NCBI GenBank assembly: GCA_046757025.1
Contig: JBHHXN010000007.1
Span: 1-64,000, forward strand
DNA length: 64,000 nt
Direction of reading: 5' to 3'
From: a bacterium
GTDB taxonomy: Bacteria > Zhuqueibacterota > Zhuqueibacteria > Oceanimicrobiales > Oceanimicrobiaceae
Shown: positions 8,729-18,744 of the stretch, in pieces
Layout of the letters: each line of letters opens with the position of its first letter
Position numbering within the stretch: position 1 is the first letter of the stretch
Notes under the pieces: generated by a model
The model's input: only the letters and a program-made list of their open reading frames with translations
The model's database searches: none
What the model was told of the DNA's origin: nothing
Program-made: the position numbers and the translations under genes

Positions 8729-10027
8729 TCAAGTATCGATCTCATTTTCTATTTTCGACATTTGTTTTATTATTTTGACCCACATAATTCGATTTCTTTC
8801 AACTTTTTCCACCACAAATTTATAGCTGTTTAGTTCAACCACCTCTTTTTCTTCGGGCACATAACCTGTGATATTCAGAATTAACCCCCCAAGACTTTCA
8901 AATTCGCCTTCGGTGGGCAAATCCAATCCGAGCTTCTCGTTCAACTCATGTAGGTCAATTTTCGCATCCACCATAAACGTATTTTCATCTAATTTTCGAT
9001 ACAGGGGTGGCTCCTGGTCATATTCGTCCTGAATATCGCCCACAATTTCTTCTATGACATCTTCCAGGGTGATCAAGCCGGCAGTGCCGCCGTATTCATC
9101 CACCACGATGGCCATGTGGGTTTTTTCTTGCTGGAACTCTTTGAGCAAATTATGCAGCTTTTTACTTTCTGGAACAAAATAGGCCGGGCGCGCCAGACTT
9201 TTTAAATCGAACTTTTCGGTAGTGTCGCCGATCACGCGCAAAATATCTTTTGCATGAACGATTCCCAGGATATTATCCACTCCTTCGCTGTACAACGGAA
9301 TACGGCTGTGCCCCTTTTCTTTTATCAATTTTGTCAGCTCTGTCAGTTTGATATTTTCCTCCACACAAATCATATCGATCCGGGGCACCATGATTTCATG
9401 CACTTCTGTTTCACTAAACTCAAAGATGGAATGGATCATTTCGCGTTCGCGATCTTTTAAATTATTCGCTTCATCTCCATCATTCATCATCGCGAGTATT
9501 TTTTGATGGCTCAAGTAGCTCGCTTTATCCATGAGCTCGAGTTTGGTGGAAAAACGAGTGAGGATTTTAGCGATGACGTTTGCAAACGGTTTGACCAAAT
9601 TAAAATAAATCAAAACTGGTAAGGAAACCCATTCTGCAAACAAAATGTTATTTCGCAATACGATCAAATTAGCCCAGAATTCATTGAGGAAAAACAATGC
9701 TAAGACTATTAGGCCCACAATGATTACCAGCGCATAACCGAACGGGATGGCTACCAAATCGGCGGTATAATTTGCCATTAAAAACCCTGAGCAAATGACG
9801 GCCGTATCCATTAAAATCGTGACCAGCTTTAACGATACAAATAGCGCTTTCGGATTGCTCAACAACTTTAAAGTTCGAAGAGAACGTTTCGTCCCCCTTT
9901 TCTGAAGCTCCTGCCTTTGAAATTCGGATAGCGATAAATAGGCGGTTCTCGTTCCGGAGAAAAGTGCAGATAATATAATAAGGCAACAAGTGATAATAAA
10001 AGTAATGATTAATGGTTCAGCTTCCAA
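8729..10027 (-). CDS. CNNM/CBS/CorC-HlyC membrane protein (hemolysin/GldE-like)
   Basis: N-terminal TM domain, EIMVPR, GHSRIPLY, HMAIVVDEYGGTAGLITLEDVIEEIVG. Confidence 0.92.
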   Translation of the reverse strand: MEAEPLIITFIITCCLIILSALFSGTRTAYLSLSEFQRQELQKRGTKRSLRTLKLLSNPKALFVSLKLVTILMDTAVICSGFLMANYTADLVAIPFGYALVIIVGLIVLALFFLNEFWANLIVLRNNILFAEWVSLPVLIYFNLVKPFANVIAKILTRFSTKLELMDKASYLSHQKILAMMNDGDEANNLKDREREMIHSIFEFSETEVHEIMVPRIDMICVEENIKLTELTKLIKEKGHSRIPLYSEGVDNILGIVHAKDILRVIGDTTEKFDLKSLARPAYFVPESKKLHNLLKEFQQEKTHMAIVVDEYGGTAGLITLEDVIEEIVGDIQDEYDQEPPLYRKLDENTFMVDAKIDLHELNEKLGLDLPTEGEFESLGGLILNITGYVPEEKEVVELNSYKFVVEKVERNRIMWVKIIKQMSKIENEIDT

Positions 10028-10111
10028 TCGATTTTATGATCCCAAAAAGTGAATAATTGATTTATGTTTAAATAATGCTTGAACTCAAGCTATAGAAATC
10101 AAATAGGATGA

Positions 10112-10177
10112 TGTCATTGCGAGCGCTCCCGCTGAACGGAACTCGCAACGACAGGGCGTTGGGGAGTTTCCGTTCAG
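10112..10177. repeat. REP-like overlapping inverted repeats
   Basis: TGTCATTGCGAG/CTCGCAACGACA (10112-10153) and CTGAACGGAACTC/GAGTTTCCGTTCAG (10132-10177). Confidence 0.5.
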
Positions 10178-10315
10178 ACACTAAATAGTTAAAACAACCT
10201 ATTTCACCATTCCCGAATGCGGCAATCGCAAATGTCGTGCCCAACCCACGCCGGATTCCCAGTACAATTTTGCAGGGAAGGACAATCCAAAACATTTTGA
10301 AAAAATTAGATTAGC

Positions 10316-10732
10316 TCAGTAACTCAAATAAAAATCTTCACGATCTGTCATGGCTTGTTTCGCTTCTTGCGTTTGATCATCATAACCCAGAAAATGCAGC
10401 ACACCGTGAGCCGCTACCCGCTTTAACTCCTGCAGAAATTCAATCTGAAAACGTTTGGCATTTGCCTGCACCCGATGCAGGCTGATATAAATTTCACCTT
10501 CAAAAGGCTCTTCCTCATCATTCGTCAACGGAAAAGCAATGACATCGGTTACTCGATCCTTTCTAAGATATTTTTTATTCAAATTCCGAATGAAGCTATC
10601 CGGCACCAGAACAATGGTGATGTGTGCATCCTTTTGACCTTCCTGGCGCCAAATAGTGGTTGTGAGTTTTTTAATCGTGCGGGAATCAATGCTTCGGTTA
10701 GTTTCATTAATGACTTCAATTTGAATTTTCAC
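10316..10732 (-). CDS. ybeY: rRNA maturation endoribonuclease YbeY
   Basis: TDVIAF, GEIYIS, AHGVLHFLGYD; the third His of the H3xH5xH motif appears as D. Confidence 0.9.
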   Translation of the reverse strand: MKIQIEVINETNRSIDSRTIKKLTTTIWRQEGQKDAHITIVLVPDSFIRNLNKKYLRKDRVTDVIAFPLTNDEEEPFEGEIYISLHRVQANAKRFQIEFLQELKRVAAHGVLHFLGYDDQTQEAKQAMTDREDFYLSY

Positions 10733-13082
10733 TCGCTTTTTCTGTAGGGCCTTTCACCTTTTTTCGAAACAATTTATTATTTTGCTCAGGATATTCAATT
10801 CGGCCGTGAAATACGCCGGTCAGATTGTTTACGAAGCTTTCCTTTACCAGATTTAGATCTTTCATAGTTAAAGGGCATTCGTCTAATTCAGAATCTATCA
10901 ACCTTTCTTGAATAAAAGAGTTCACTAGGTTGCGTATCCGGCTAACGGTCGGCTCTTTTAAGGTTCGGGATCCCGCCTCAACGGCATCTGCGAGCATGAC
11001 GATGCCGGTTTCTTTGGTTTGCGGCTTGGGACCAGGATAACGAAAGTCTGATTCATTCACTTCATTGTCGTCCGAGGTTTCCAACGCTTTGTTATAAAAA
11101 TATTTGATCAAATTCGTACCGTGATGCTGTGGGATGAAATCCCGAATTTCTTTGGGCAAGTTGTATTCTTCCGCAATCTCTAAGCCACGTTTCACATGAT
11201 TTATGAGGATTAAACAGCTCATATTGGGCGTTAGCTTTTCATGCGGATTTTTACCGCCTTTTTGATTTTCAACAAAATATTCCGGCATCTCCATTTTACC
11301 GATGTCATGATAATACGATGCCACACGCGCCAAAAGCGCGTTGGCCCCAATGGCTTCCGCAGCGGCTTCAGAAAGATTCCCTACCATGATGCTGTGATGA
11401 TTGGTGCCGGGTGCGCGAATGGCCAATTGGCGCAACAACGGTTTGTTCAAATCCGAGAGCTCCAGCAACGTTGAATTGGTGGTCATTTGGAATATATACT
11501 CGAAGATGATCATCAGGCCGTAGGTTAATATAGGGGAGAGGGTGCCATTCATGGTGGCGTAAATCAAATCACTGCGATTAATGCTTTCTGGATTTCTCAA
11601 AAATTCCACGGAAGCTACGGCAATCATATAAGCGGCTGTAATAAACAAAATTCCCTTTAAAATCCACGAACGAGCCTGAATTTCACGTACAGAAAAAATG
11701 GAAATGGTGCCCACAAACAATGAAGTAAGCATAATTCCAAATTCGTTTCCCCGCAGCGCTCCGATGAGCAGGCTCAATGTCACCGTGCCGATAAAAGCTG
11801 TGCGAGTATCAAAGAAAATCATCAGCAGCATGGCGGCGATGGAAATGGGAATAAGATATTTATATTTCGTGAAACCGAGCTGTGTAATTAAAAATGTGAA
11901 AATGATAATTATCATCATGATGATGAATATCATCAACATGGTTTTGACATTCTCGAAGAGCTGTCTTCGGGATACCATCAGAAAAATAATGGTGAAAGAA
12001 AGCGAGAGTGTGACGATCAAAGCTCTTCCGAGATAAGGAATGATCAATCTCCATCCACCCTCTTGTGATTCCTTTTCGGATCTCGCCAGAGCCAGGGAGT
12101 TTAACTTTTCAATGATCTCTTTGGTGATACGTTCATGCGTGTCCACAATTCTTTCTTTCGCCAGTACGGTGCCTTTGGCGATGGCCACCCTGGCAATCGC
12201 TTCATCGATTCGGCTTTCTGTTTCGGCCTGCTGGTAAATCAAATTGGGTCGAATAAATGCAGTAATAATGGCATAGCCAATTTTTACTGCGGTTTCGTTA
12301 TCCTGGTATATCTGTCGTAGTTTATCTTCCAACAGGACATTTTCAATGTTATCGACCCGATAAAAATTATTAATATCTTCAACAATTTCTTGCTTTTGGG
12401 TCTTTAATGAAATTTTCACCGCAGGTGTTTGGGTCTCCTCAAATGGCAGATTCAAAATGCCAATCGAGTACGTATCTATAACAATTCGCTTCAAATCACT
12501 TTTTAGTAAATCATAATTCAATTCGGTTTCATCAGCGGAAGCGACGTTTTTTTTGTCCGCGACTTTTTTCTTAGACGATCTTGATGGCTGCGATTTTTGA
12601 GCCGAATTTAAAAGCAGGGGAATATAATTTTGTTCAATGATGATTGACGCATTATTCAAGAAATCGCTTAATCTTCTGACTTTAATGGAATCCGGGGACA
12701 CAGATTCTCTAATGGCATCAATGCTTTTAAAAAAGTTCTCCAGCTCAGTTAAGGATTTTTGTTCAATGCTGTCCTCACGTGCAAAAACCAGCGGCACTTT
12801 CTGAGCGGCTAATTGCTTGTCTCGGTTATATTCTTCCTCACTTTTCATAATATGAAAAGTGAATGGGGCGATTATCTCATCGCCAATGTAAACATCGCCC
12901 TCGTTTAAATGAGCAAACCGATAGGACTGTTCATAAGGAAACATGAACGTAGTCGAGACAATAATTGCCACACCCATTAGAATTTGGGGCGTATAACGCC
13001 AAAATTTATGGGCTTGCATGGTCAGTATTAGCGCCTTAAAATAATTCTTTAAAGCGATGGTTGTTTTCGTAATTTTCGTCAA
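10716..13082 (-). CDS. 7TM-HD (HDIG) phosphohydrolase, PgpH-like
   Basis: Extracytoplasmic domain, 7TM block, APGTNHHS, YYHDIGK, HHGT, FRYPGPKP, MLADAVEA; phoH-HD-ybeY synteny. Confidence 0.9.
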   Translation of the reverse strand: MTKITKTTIALKNYFKALILTMQAHKFWRYTPQILMGVAIIVSTTFMFPYEQSYRFAHLNEGDVYIGDEIIAPFTFHIMKSEEEYNRDKQLAAQKVPLVFAREDSIEQKSLTELENFFKSIDAIRESVSPDSIKVRRLSDFLNNASIIIEQNYIPLLLNSAQKSQPSRSSKKKVADKKNVASADETELNYDLLKSDLKRIVIDTYSIGILNLPFEETQTPAVKISLKTQKQEIVEDINNFYRVDNIENVLLEDKLRQIYQDNETAVKIGYAIITAFIRPNLIYQQAETESRIDEAIARVAIAKGTVLAKERIVDTHERITKEIIEKLNSLALARSEKESQEGGWRLIIPYLGRALIVTLSLSFTIIFLMVSRRQLFENVKTMLMIFIIMMIIIIFTFLITQLGFTKYKYLIPISIAAMLLMIFFDTRTAFIGTVTLSLLIGALRGNEFGIMLTSLFVGTISIFSVREIQARSWILKGILFITAAYMIAVASVEFLRNPESINRSDLIYATMNGTLSPILTYGLMIIFEYIFQMTTNSTLLELSDLNKPLLRQLAIRAPGTNHHSIMVGNLSEAAAEAIGANALLARVASYYHDIGKMEMPEYFVENQKGGKNPHEKLTPNMSCLILINHVKRGLEIAEEYNLPKEIRDFIPQHHGTNLIKYFYNKALETSDDNEVNESDFRYPGPKPQTKETGIVMLADAVEAGSRTLKEPTVSRIRNLVNSFIQERLIDSELDECPLTMKDLNLVKESFVNNLTGVFHGRIEYPEQNNKLFRKKVKGPTEKASENSN

Positions 13083-13115
13083 TTGGTTTCGTGAGATATT
13101 AAATAAAGTCCGAGG

Positions 13116-14087
13116 TTATTTCTTATTTTCAAATTCGTTATACGCTTTGATAATCTCTCGCACCAGTCGATGACGCACCACATCTCGATCCATCAAATAA
13201 ACAAAATCAATCCCCTCAATATCTGATATGATGGATTGGACTTGAACCAGCCCGGACATTTTCGGCTTCGGAAGATCAATTTGAGTGATATCGCCGGTGA
13301 TGATGGCTTTTGAATTTATCCCCAGACGCGTTAAAAACATTTTCATCTGATTGAAAGACGTATTTTGAGCTTCATCTAAAATCACAAAGGCGTCATTTAA
13401 AGTCCGACCTCGCATGTAAGCGAGAGGAACGATTTCGATTACTTGGGTTTCTAAATATCTTTTTAATTTATCTGCGGGAATCATCTGGTGGAGGGCGTCA
13501 TAAAATGGTTTCAAATATGGATCCACTTTATCTCGGAAATCGCCAGGCAGAAATCCCAAACTTTCGCCCGCTTCAACTGCCGGCCGGGTTAAAACAATCC
13601 GGTTGACTAATTTATCGCGCAAAGTAGCCACAGCAATGGCCACCGCCAAAAACGTTTTGCCGGTGCCCGCTGGCCCAATAACAAAAACGATATCATTTTT
13701 TATGGATGAATCGTAAAATTTTTTCTGTCCCAGACTTTTCGGTTTGATGTGTCCATTTTTAGTAAATAAAATAACCGATTCAATGTTATTATGATTGTGA
13801 TTTTCAAATTTCTCTTTGGCAGCAACCAGTTCAAACACGGTTTCCAGATCCTTTTCAGTGATGGTCTGATCCCTGGAAACCATCAAGGTCAACTCGTAAA
13901 ATATTTTTTGTATTTTCTCGATCTCTTCAGGCGGGCCTTCCAGAATTATTTCTGTACCGCGGGCTACAATTTTTGAGTCGAAATGCGCATCGATTTTATT
14001 CAGATTTTGGTCCTGAAAGCCAAAAAGTTTTAATTGATCAATCCCTTTGATGGAAATTCTTTTCTTGATAGTTGTTTTCGTTACCAA
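13116..14087 (-). CDS. phoH: PhoH-family ATPase
   Basis: GPAGTGKT, RPAVEAGESLGFLPG, YMRGRTL, DEAQN. Confidence 0.95.
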   Translation of the reverse strand: MVTKTTIKKRISIKGIDQLKLFGFQDQNLNKIDAHFDSKIVARGTEIILEGPPEEIEKIQKIFYELTLMVSRDQTITEKDLETVFELVAAKEKFENHNHNNIESVILFTKNGHIKPKSLGQKKFYDSSIKNDIVFVIGPAGTGKTFLAVAIAVATLRDKLVNRIVLTRPAVEAGESLGFLPGDFRDKVDPYLKPFYDALHQMIPADKLKRYLETQVIEIVPLAYMRGRTLNDAFVILDEAQNTSFNQMKMFLTRLGINSKAIITGDITQIDLPKPKMSGLVQVQSIISDIEGIDFVYLMDRDVVRHRLVREIIKAYNEFENKK

Positions 14088-14114
14088 AATAATTTCGAAA
14101 GTGAGTTGATGATT

Positions 14115-14169
14115 AAAAAAAAGCTCTTGAAACGTTCTGCCGCTATGGCCTACGCTTCAAGAGCTTTTT
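14115..14169. terminator. Long hairpin, putative intrinsic terminator (possibly bidirectional)
   Basis: 14-bp stem AAAAAGCTCTTGAA/TTCAAGAGCTTTTT with A/T tracts. Confidence 0.55.
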
Positions 14170-14274
14170 ATCTAATTGTAAGCTTTACAATAATTAATTG
14201 AATACCACACAAACTCCAAGCGACAGCTCCAAGTTTGTGTTGATTAAAATTCGATATCAATCCCAATCTTAGAT

Positions 14275-14320
14275 AAAAAAGCAGGTCACGAGCAATGACA
14301 TCCCAACTCATCAACCTGCT
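14275..14320 (-). terminator. Putative intrinsic terminator downstream of the LysM gene
   Basis: AGCAGGT/ACCTGCT stem followed by a T-tract on the minus strand. Confidence 0.5.
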
Positions 14321-14369
14321 AAGTACATTAAGACGTTTCGCAAAGCACCACCGCAAAACTTTGAATTTA

Positions 14370-15218
14370 CTACCGAGGAAGCTTTAACACTTGATATGGA
14401 TAAATTAAACTAGGTTCGTCACCGATGACGTCTTTATTGGCTTCATAAATTTGACGCCATTTGGTGGGGTCACCCATAACATCCATACTCCCAGCAATCT
14501 TGGAAAGATTATCACCGGGTCCCACTAAAATTTCGTTTGGTCCGTTTTCTCTGTGAATTTTAAAAATTTGATCGGGATAAATTAAGTCGGGATCCTTAAT
14601 CTGATCTTTGTTGTAAGAATAGATACGGACCCACTGTAAGGGATCGCCGTAAATGTCGGATTTTTTCGATACTTTCCAGAGATAATCACCGCGAACCACG
14701 GTATATTCATCGTACATGCCTTTGGGCATTTTCGCTCTGAGCTGAGCAATTTTACCTTCCAGCGCTGCAATTTTATTTCGCATTTCAGTCAAAACAGAAA
14801 TTCGATTGTTTTTATGTTCTTGCAGACTTTCTTCAATTGCGTCCAGCTCTTTGCGTCTTTTAAAGAGTTCTTCCGGGGAAAGCGCACCCAGAGAATTCAA
14901 CTGCCTGTCCATGTCATTTAATTGCTGGCGGTATGCATTAACATCGGCCTCGGTGACGCCGATGGCTTTATATATCTCAGCCCAAACATCTTTGGTCTGA
15001 CTATCAACATCCGCCTTTTGCGATTTGAGCGCTTCTATTTCGCCGTCTAATTTTGCAATTTCATCTTGTGCTGCCCTCTCGCGATTTGCCCACTCTTGTA
15101 ATTGAGTATTACACTCATCCATGGTCATTTCTTGAGCCAGACAAACATTCGGTCCAACGAATATTAAAAGAGCAACAAATAAAGAACAGGCAAAAAGCGT
15201 TTTTGCCACAGCTTTCAT
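14370..15218 (-). CDS. Secreted coiled-coil protein with two C-terminal LysM domains
   Basis: Signal peptide, long heptad region, YTVVRGDYLW..IYGDP..W..IY..N..I.DPDLIYP and a second similar repeat. Confidence 0.88.
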   Translation of the reverse strand: MKAVAKTLFACSLFVALLIFVGPNVCLAQEMTMDECNTQLQEWANRERAAQDEIAKLDGEIEALKSQKADVDSQTKDVWAEIYKAIGVTEADVNAYRQQLNDMDRQLNSLGALSPEELFKRRKELDAIEESLQEHKNNRISVLTEMRNKIAALEGKIAQLRAKMPKGMYDEYTVVRGDYLWKVSKKSDIYGDPLQWVRIYSYNKDQIKDPDLIYPDQIFKIHRENGPNEILVGPGDNLSKIAGSMDVMGDPTKWRQIYEANKDVIGDEPSLIYPYQVLKLPR

Positions 15219-15258
15219 GTTTACCCTCCTTATTTCAAAATTAAAATGTCATTCTCAA

Positions 15259-15528
15259 TTACTGAGCAAGTCGTTGTTTAACTGCTTCTAATTCAGCTTT
15301 TGCGTCTTGTAATTCTTTTCTTTTTTGATTGAGTTCACTTTCTACTTTACTCTTTTCCCTCCGCCTTTCTTCCAGAGTGTTTTCTGCAGAAAGCGCTGCA
15401 TTTTTTTGTTCCTCTAATGCCTGTAACTGTTCTGCGTTAGGATGCTTGGTACATCCCACAAAAGAGAAAAAAGACATTACAAATATCGCAACCAACAATA
15501 ACACAAAACCTTTTGAAGATTTTCTCAT
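15259..15528 (-). CDS. Small coiled-coil lipoprotein
   Basis: Lipobox FVGC then coiled coil; ATG at 15528 fits the AGGAGGTGA RBS better than GTG at 15540. Confidence 0.8.
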   Translation of the reverse strand: MRKSSKGFVLLLVAIFVMSFFSFVGCTKHPNAEQLQALEEQKNAALSAENTLEERRREKSKVESELNQKRKELQDAKAELEAVKQRLAQ

Positions 15529-15634
15529 CGATTCTTTCACCTCCTTCCAGAATTTGAAATTTAATTCGTAAATAATTTGCCAGTGGTGAATGTATTAGCC
15601 AAGATACTTGAATAGTATTTTTACAATACCTCGC

Positions 15635-15663
15635 ATATTAACAAAAAAAATGCTAATTGTCAA
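15635..15663 (-). promoter_or_regulatory. Sigma70-type promoter for the lipoprotein-LysM operon
   Basis: TTGACA-17 bp-TAATAT. Confidence 0.65.
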
Positions 15664-15676
15664 GAAAAAAATCGAC

Positions 15677-17455
15677 TTAGGTTAATTTCAATCCCAATTC
15701 GTCCAGTTGCCGTTTTGAAACTTCTGAAGGCGCCCCATCCATCAACGATAGTGCGCTGTTTGTTTTCGGAAAAGCGATGACGTCGCGGATGGATTTCGCC
15801 TTTGCTAATAACATGACCAGGCGATCAAATCCAAAAGCAATTCCCCCGTGGGGCGGGGCTCCAAACTCAAATGCATCTAACAAAAAACCAAATTTACTTT
15901 TGGCTTCTTTCTCCTGAATATTTAACAAACGAAACATTTTATTTTGCAACTGGCGATCATGTATTCGAATGCTGCCGCCTGCGATTTCGTAACCGTTTAA
16001 AACCAGGTCATAAGCCTTTGCTCTGACGGCTTCAGGCTGCTTGTCTAACAATGGTAGATCCTCATCCATTGGCGCGGTGAAAGGATGATGACGTGCAACA
16101 TAACGCTTCTCCTCTTCATCGTACTCAAAAAGCGGGAATTCAACAATCCAGACCAGCCGAAATTCGTCTTCCGGGATCAGTTGTTCATCGTGTGCCAGAA
16201 TCAATCTTAACGTGCCCGCCAGAGTCAATGCTTTCATTTTTTCATCCGCGAATAAAAAAATCATGTCCCCGGCCTTTGCAGAAAAAGCGTTGTTGATTTT
16301 ATGAATGGCCTTTTCCGAGAAAAACTTGCTGAGAGATGAGTCCCAGCCACTGTCTGAGACTTTGATAGCCACTAATCCCCTGGCGCCTTCTACCAGCATT
16401 TTTTTCGTCAAATCATCTACCCGTTTTCGCGAATATTTGGCGCCTCCGGGTAACAGCAATCCGCAAACGATTCCGCCATTTTTCAGATTTTCATCAAAAA
16501 CTTGAAATCGGCTATCTGCAACCAGCTCGCTGATATTCTGAATTTTCATATCAATGCGGATGTCGGGTTTATCGGTGCCATAGGTAGTGATGGCTTGTTC
16601 GTAACTCATGCGCGGTATGGGGCGCGGCACCGGTAAATCTAAAACATCTTTAAACACGCTGATCATCAACTGCTCAACCATATTCAACACATCGTCCCGT
16701 TCCACAAACGACATTTCCACATCAATTTGCGTAAACTCCGGCTGACGGTCGGCGCGCAGATCCTCATCACGAAAACAGCGAACAATTTGAAAATAGCGAT
16801 CCATACCCGCCACCATGAGAATCTGTTTGTAGGTTTGCGGACTTTGTGGCAGCGCATAAAATTTTCCATGGTGAATGCGACTCGGCACTAAATAATCCCG
16901 GGCGCCTTCGGGGGTACTGCGCATGAGTGAGGGAGTCTCGACTTCCACAAAATCGTGGCTGTTAAAAAAGGACCGCACCGCCTCATAGGATTTTGCACGC
17001 AACAAGAGATTATTTTTCATGAAAGAACTTCTTAAATCGAGATAGCGATATTTTAAACGCAATTCTTCGGAAGTACTCTTGTTGTCATCGATACCAAATG
17101 GGGGAGTTTTTGCGGGGTTGAGTATTTTCAAGCCGATGACAGAAACCTCAATCTTCCCGGTCGCTAAATTCGGATTGACTAAATCCTCTGGTCTTCTTTC
17201 AACCAAACCCTTAATCGCGATGACGAATTCACCTCTCAAATCTTTGGCTTTCTGATAGGCTTCTGAGTCCACTCTTGGATCAAAGACAATTTGAGTTATG
17301 CCGTAGCGATCACGTAAGTCGATAAAAATCAATTTACCATGATCCCGGCGCCGATGCACCCAGCCCATCAAAATGACTTCATCGTTTTCGTTGGACTCGT
17401 TTAAAACACCGCAAGTATGGGTTCTTTTCCAACCCTCCAGTTTTTCCAAATTCAC
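15677..17455 (-). CDS. aspS: Aspartate--tRNA ligase
   Basis: RTHTCG, FIDLRDRYG, TPEGARDY, ALPQSPQ, FRDEDLRADRQPEFTQID, GAPPHGGIAFGFDR. Confidence 0.97.
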   Translation of the reverse strand: MNLEKLEGWKRTHTCGVLNESNENDEVILMGWVHRRRDHGKLIFIDLRDRYGITQIVFDPRVDSEAYQKAKDLRGEFVIAIKGLVERRPEDLVNPNLATGKIEVSVIGLKILNPAKTPPFGIDDNKSTSEELRLKYRYLDLRSSFMKNNLLLRAKSYEAVRSFFNSHDFVEVETPSLMRSTPEGARDYLVPSRIHHGKFYALPQSPQTYKQILMVAGMDRYFQIVRCFRDEDLRADRQPEFTQIDVEMSFVERDDVLNMVEQLMISVFKDVLDLPVPRPIPRMSYEQAITTYGTDKPDIRIDMKIQNISELVADSRFQVFDENLKNGGIVCGLLLPGGAKYSRKRVDDLTKKMLVEGARGLVAIKVSDSGWDSSLSKFFSEKAIHKINNAFSAKAGDMIFLFADEKMKALTLAGTLRLILAHDEQLIPEDEFRLVWIVEFPLFEYDEEEKRYVARHHPFTAPMDEDLPLLDKQPEAVRAKAYDLVLNGYEIAGGSIRIHDRQLQNKMFRLLNIQEKEAKSKFGFLLDAFEFGAPPHGGIAFGFDRLVMLLAKAKSIRDVIAFPKTNSALSLMDGAPSEVSKRQLDELGLKLT

Positions 17456-17514
17456 TTACCTCCTTTTATTACAATTAGTTGGCGAAACATCATTCACTAA
17501 TTTAACAATAAAAT

Positions 17515-17549
17515 AAAAAACCGCCATAAAAATCTTCAAAATGGCGGTT
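17515..17549 (-). terminator. Putative intrinsic terminator closing the TPR-ExbBD-TonB-like operon
   Basis: AACCGCCAT/ATGGCGGTT stem followed by a T-tract on the minus strand. Confidence 0.6.
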
Positions 17550-17592
17550 AAATTTAGTATGTGGAGGAGGAAAATCTCTCAACTTTCAGGTT

Positions 17593-18687
17593 TCAGTAAC
17601 CAAAGGCATAAACCTGGCGAATGGTGGTATCGCCGTAGGAGGGTTCAACAGAACCGAAATCAGACCATCTTCGGATCCGGCTCAAAACACACTGTTCAAT
17701 TTTTCGGTTATTCAGTGTTGAAGAAACGATGTGTGCATTTTTTATGACACCCTGGGCAGTAATCGTAAATCGAATGACTACCTTGCCTTTTAAGTTGGGG
17801 TTGCGTCGCAGCTGCTTCTCATAACAATATTGGATGGATTTATTATGTTTGACCACCACCGCCTGGATCAAATTTTGATCCCGACCCTTTACCGGAGTTT
17901 TACCATCTCCTTCAATTAACGGCGCTTCATTGACGACCATTAAATCTCCGCTGCGCTTGAAGGATTCGGTTTTAGTTTTACCCAGCTCTCCGACCAGGTC
18001 ATCGATATTGCCACCGCTTTTTTTACGGCCACCTTTTACCCGGCCTCCGGCTTTCCCATAACTGCTGCCGCCGCCATTCAATCCACCGCTTGAAGTGGTT
18101 GCGGTCAAATTTGACAGCACTTTATCTAAATCGTGTTGCGACTGATTGGTATTGACGATAATATCCTCAACTTCACTACCCTGTGCAATCGAGCTGGTGG
18201 TGGTTAGCAAACCCAGAAGGCCTTTTGAGCCCACGTTCTTTGCAATTTCCTTGGCCGTTCTGACTTTTTTAGCCGGTCTACCACGTTTTGATTTGGCAGT
18301 AACCGTTCTTTTCTTGCTGCCAGATTTTTTGGATTGTGATTTCTTCTGCGCTACTTTTGGTGCAGTGGGCTTCTCCTTTTTTTCGACCTTTTTTTCTTTC
18401 CTTTTATGTTCGGAATCGGGAAATTCAAATTTAGCCTGGCGATTGGTCAATTCCACTTTCTTGCCAGTGATTGCTCGCGCCAAATTTTCTTGAATTTTTG
18501 CAATCTTACTTAACTTGTGTTCTTTGGAAATGGGATTAGCTAAAAAGTAACAAACCAGTAGAATGTGTACGGTTAAAGAGCTAAGCAAGATCGAATAAAA
18601 CCGTTTATCTATTCTATCGGATAATGTTTTGCGAAAATCTTTTTGATTGTCCTGCGACTTGAGCTCAAAAGTATCAAATTCGCTCAT
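17593..18687 (-). CDS. TonB/TolA-like energy transducer with AgmX/PglI-type C-terminal domain (GltG-like)
   Basis: TM with SLTVH (SxxxH), Lys-rich linker, GLLGLL, C-terminal IQYCYEKQLRRNPNLKGKVVIRFTI..C..RW. Confidence 0.8.
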   Translation of the reverse strand: MSEFDTFELKSQDNQKDFRKTLSDRIDKRFYSILLSSLTVHILLVCYFLANPISKEHKLSKIAKIQENLARAITGKKVELTNRQAKFEFPDSEHKRKEKKVEKKEKPTAPKVAQKKSQSKKSGSKKRTVTAKSKRGRPAKKVRTAKEIAKNVGSKGLLGLLTTTSSIAQGSEVEDIIVNTNQSQHDLDKVLSNLTATTSSGGLNGGGSSYGKAGGRVKGGRKKSGGNIDDLVGELGKTKTESFKRSGDLMVVNEAPLIEGDGKTPVKGRDQNLIQAVVVKHNKSIQYCYEKQLRRNPNLKGKVVIRFTITAQGVIKNAHIVSSTLNNRKIEQCVLSRIRRWSDFGSVEPSYGDTTIRQVYAFGY

Positions 18688-18744
18688 AATAATTCCTTCA
18701 GTAGCTATTAGTACAGGTTCAAAAAATCCATTCTAATTGATAGT

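Noticed and set aside
10068..10295. 75-aa ORF between ybeY and the CNNM gene
   Set aside because: Runs through a REP-like repeat; no RBS or recognisable domain
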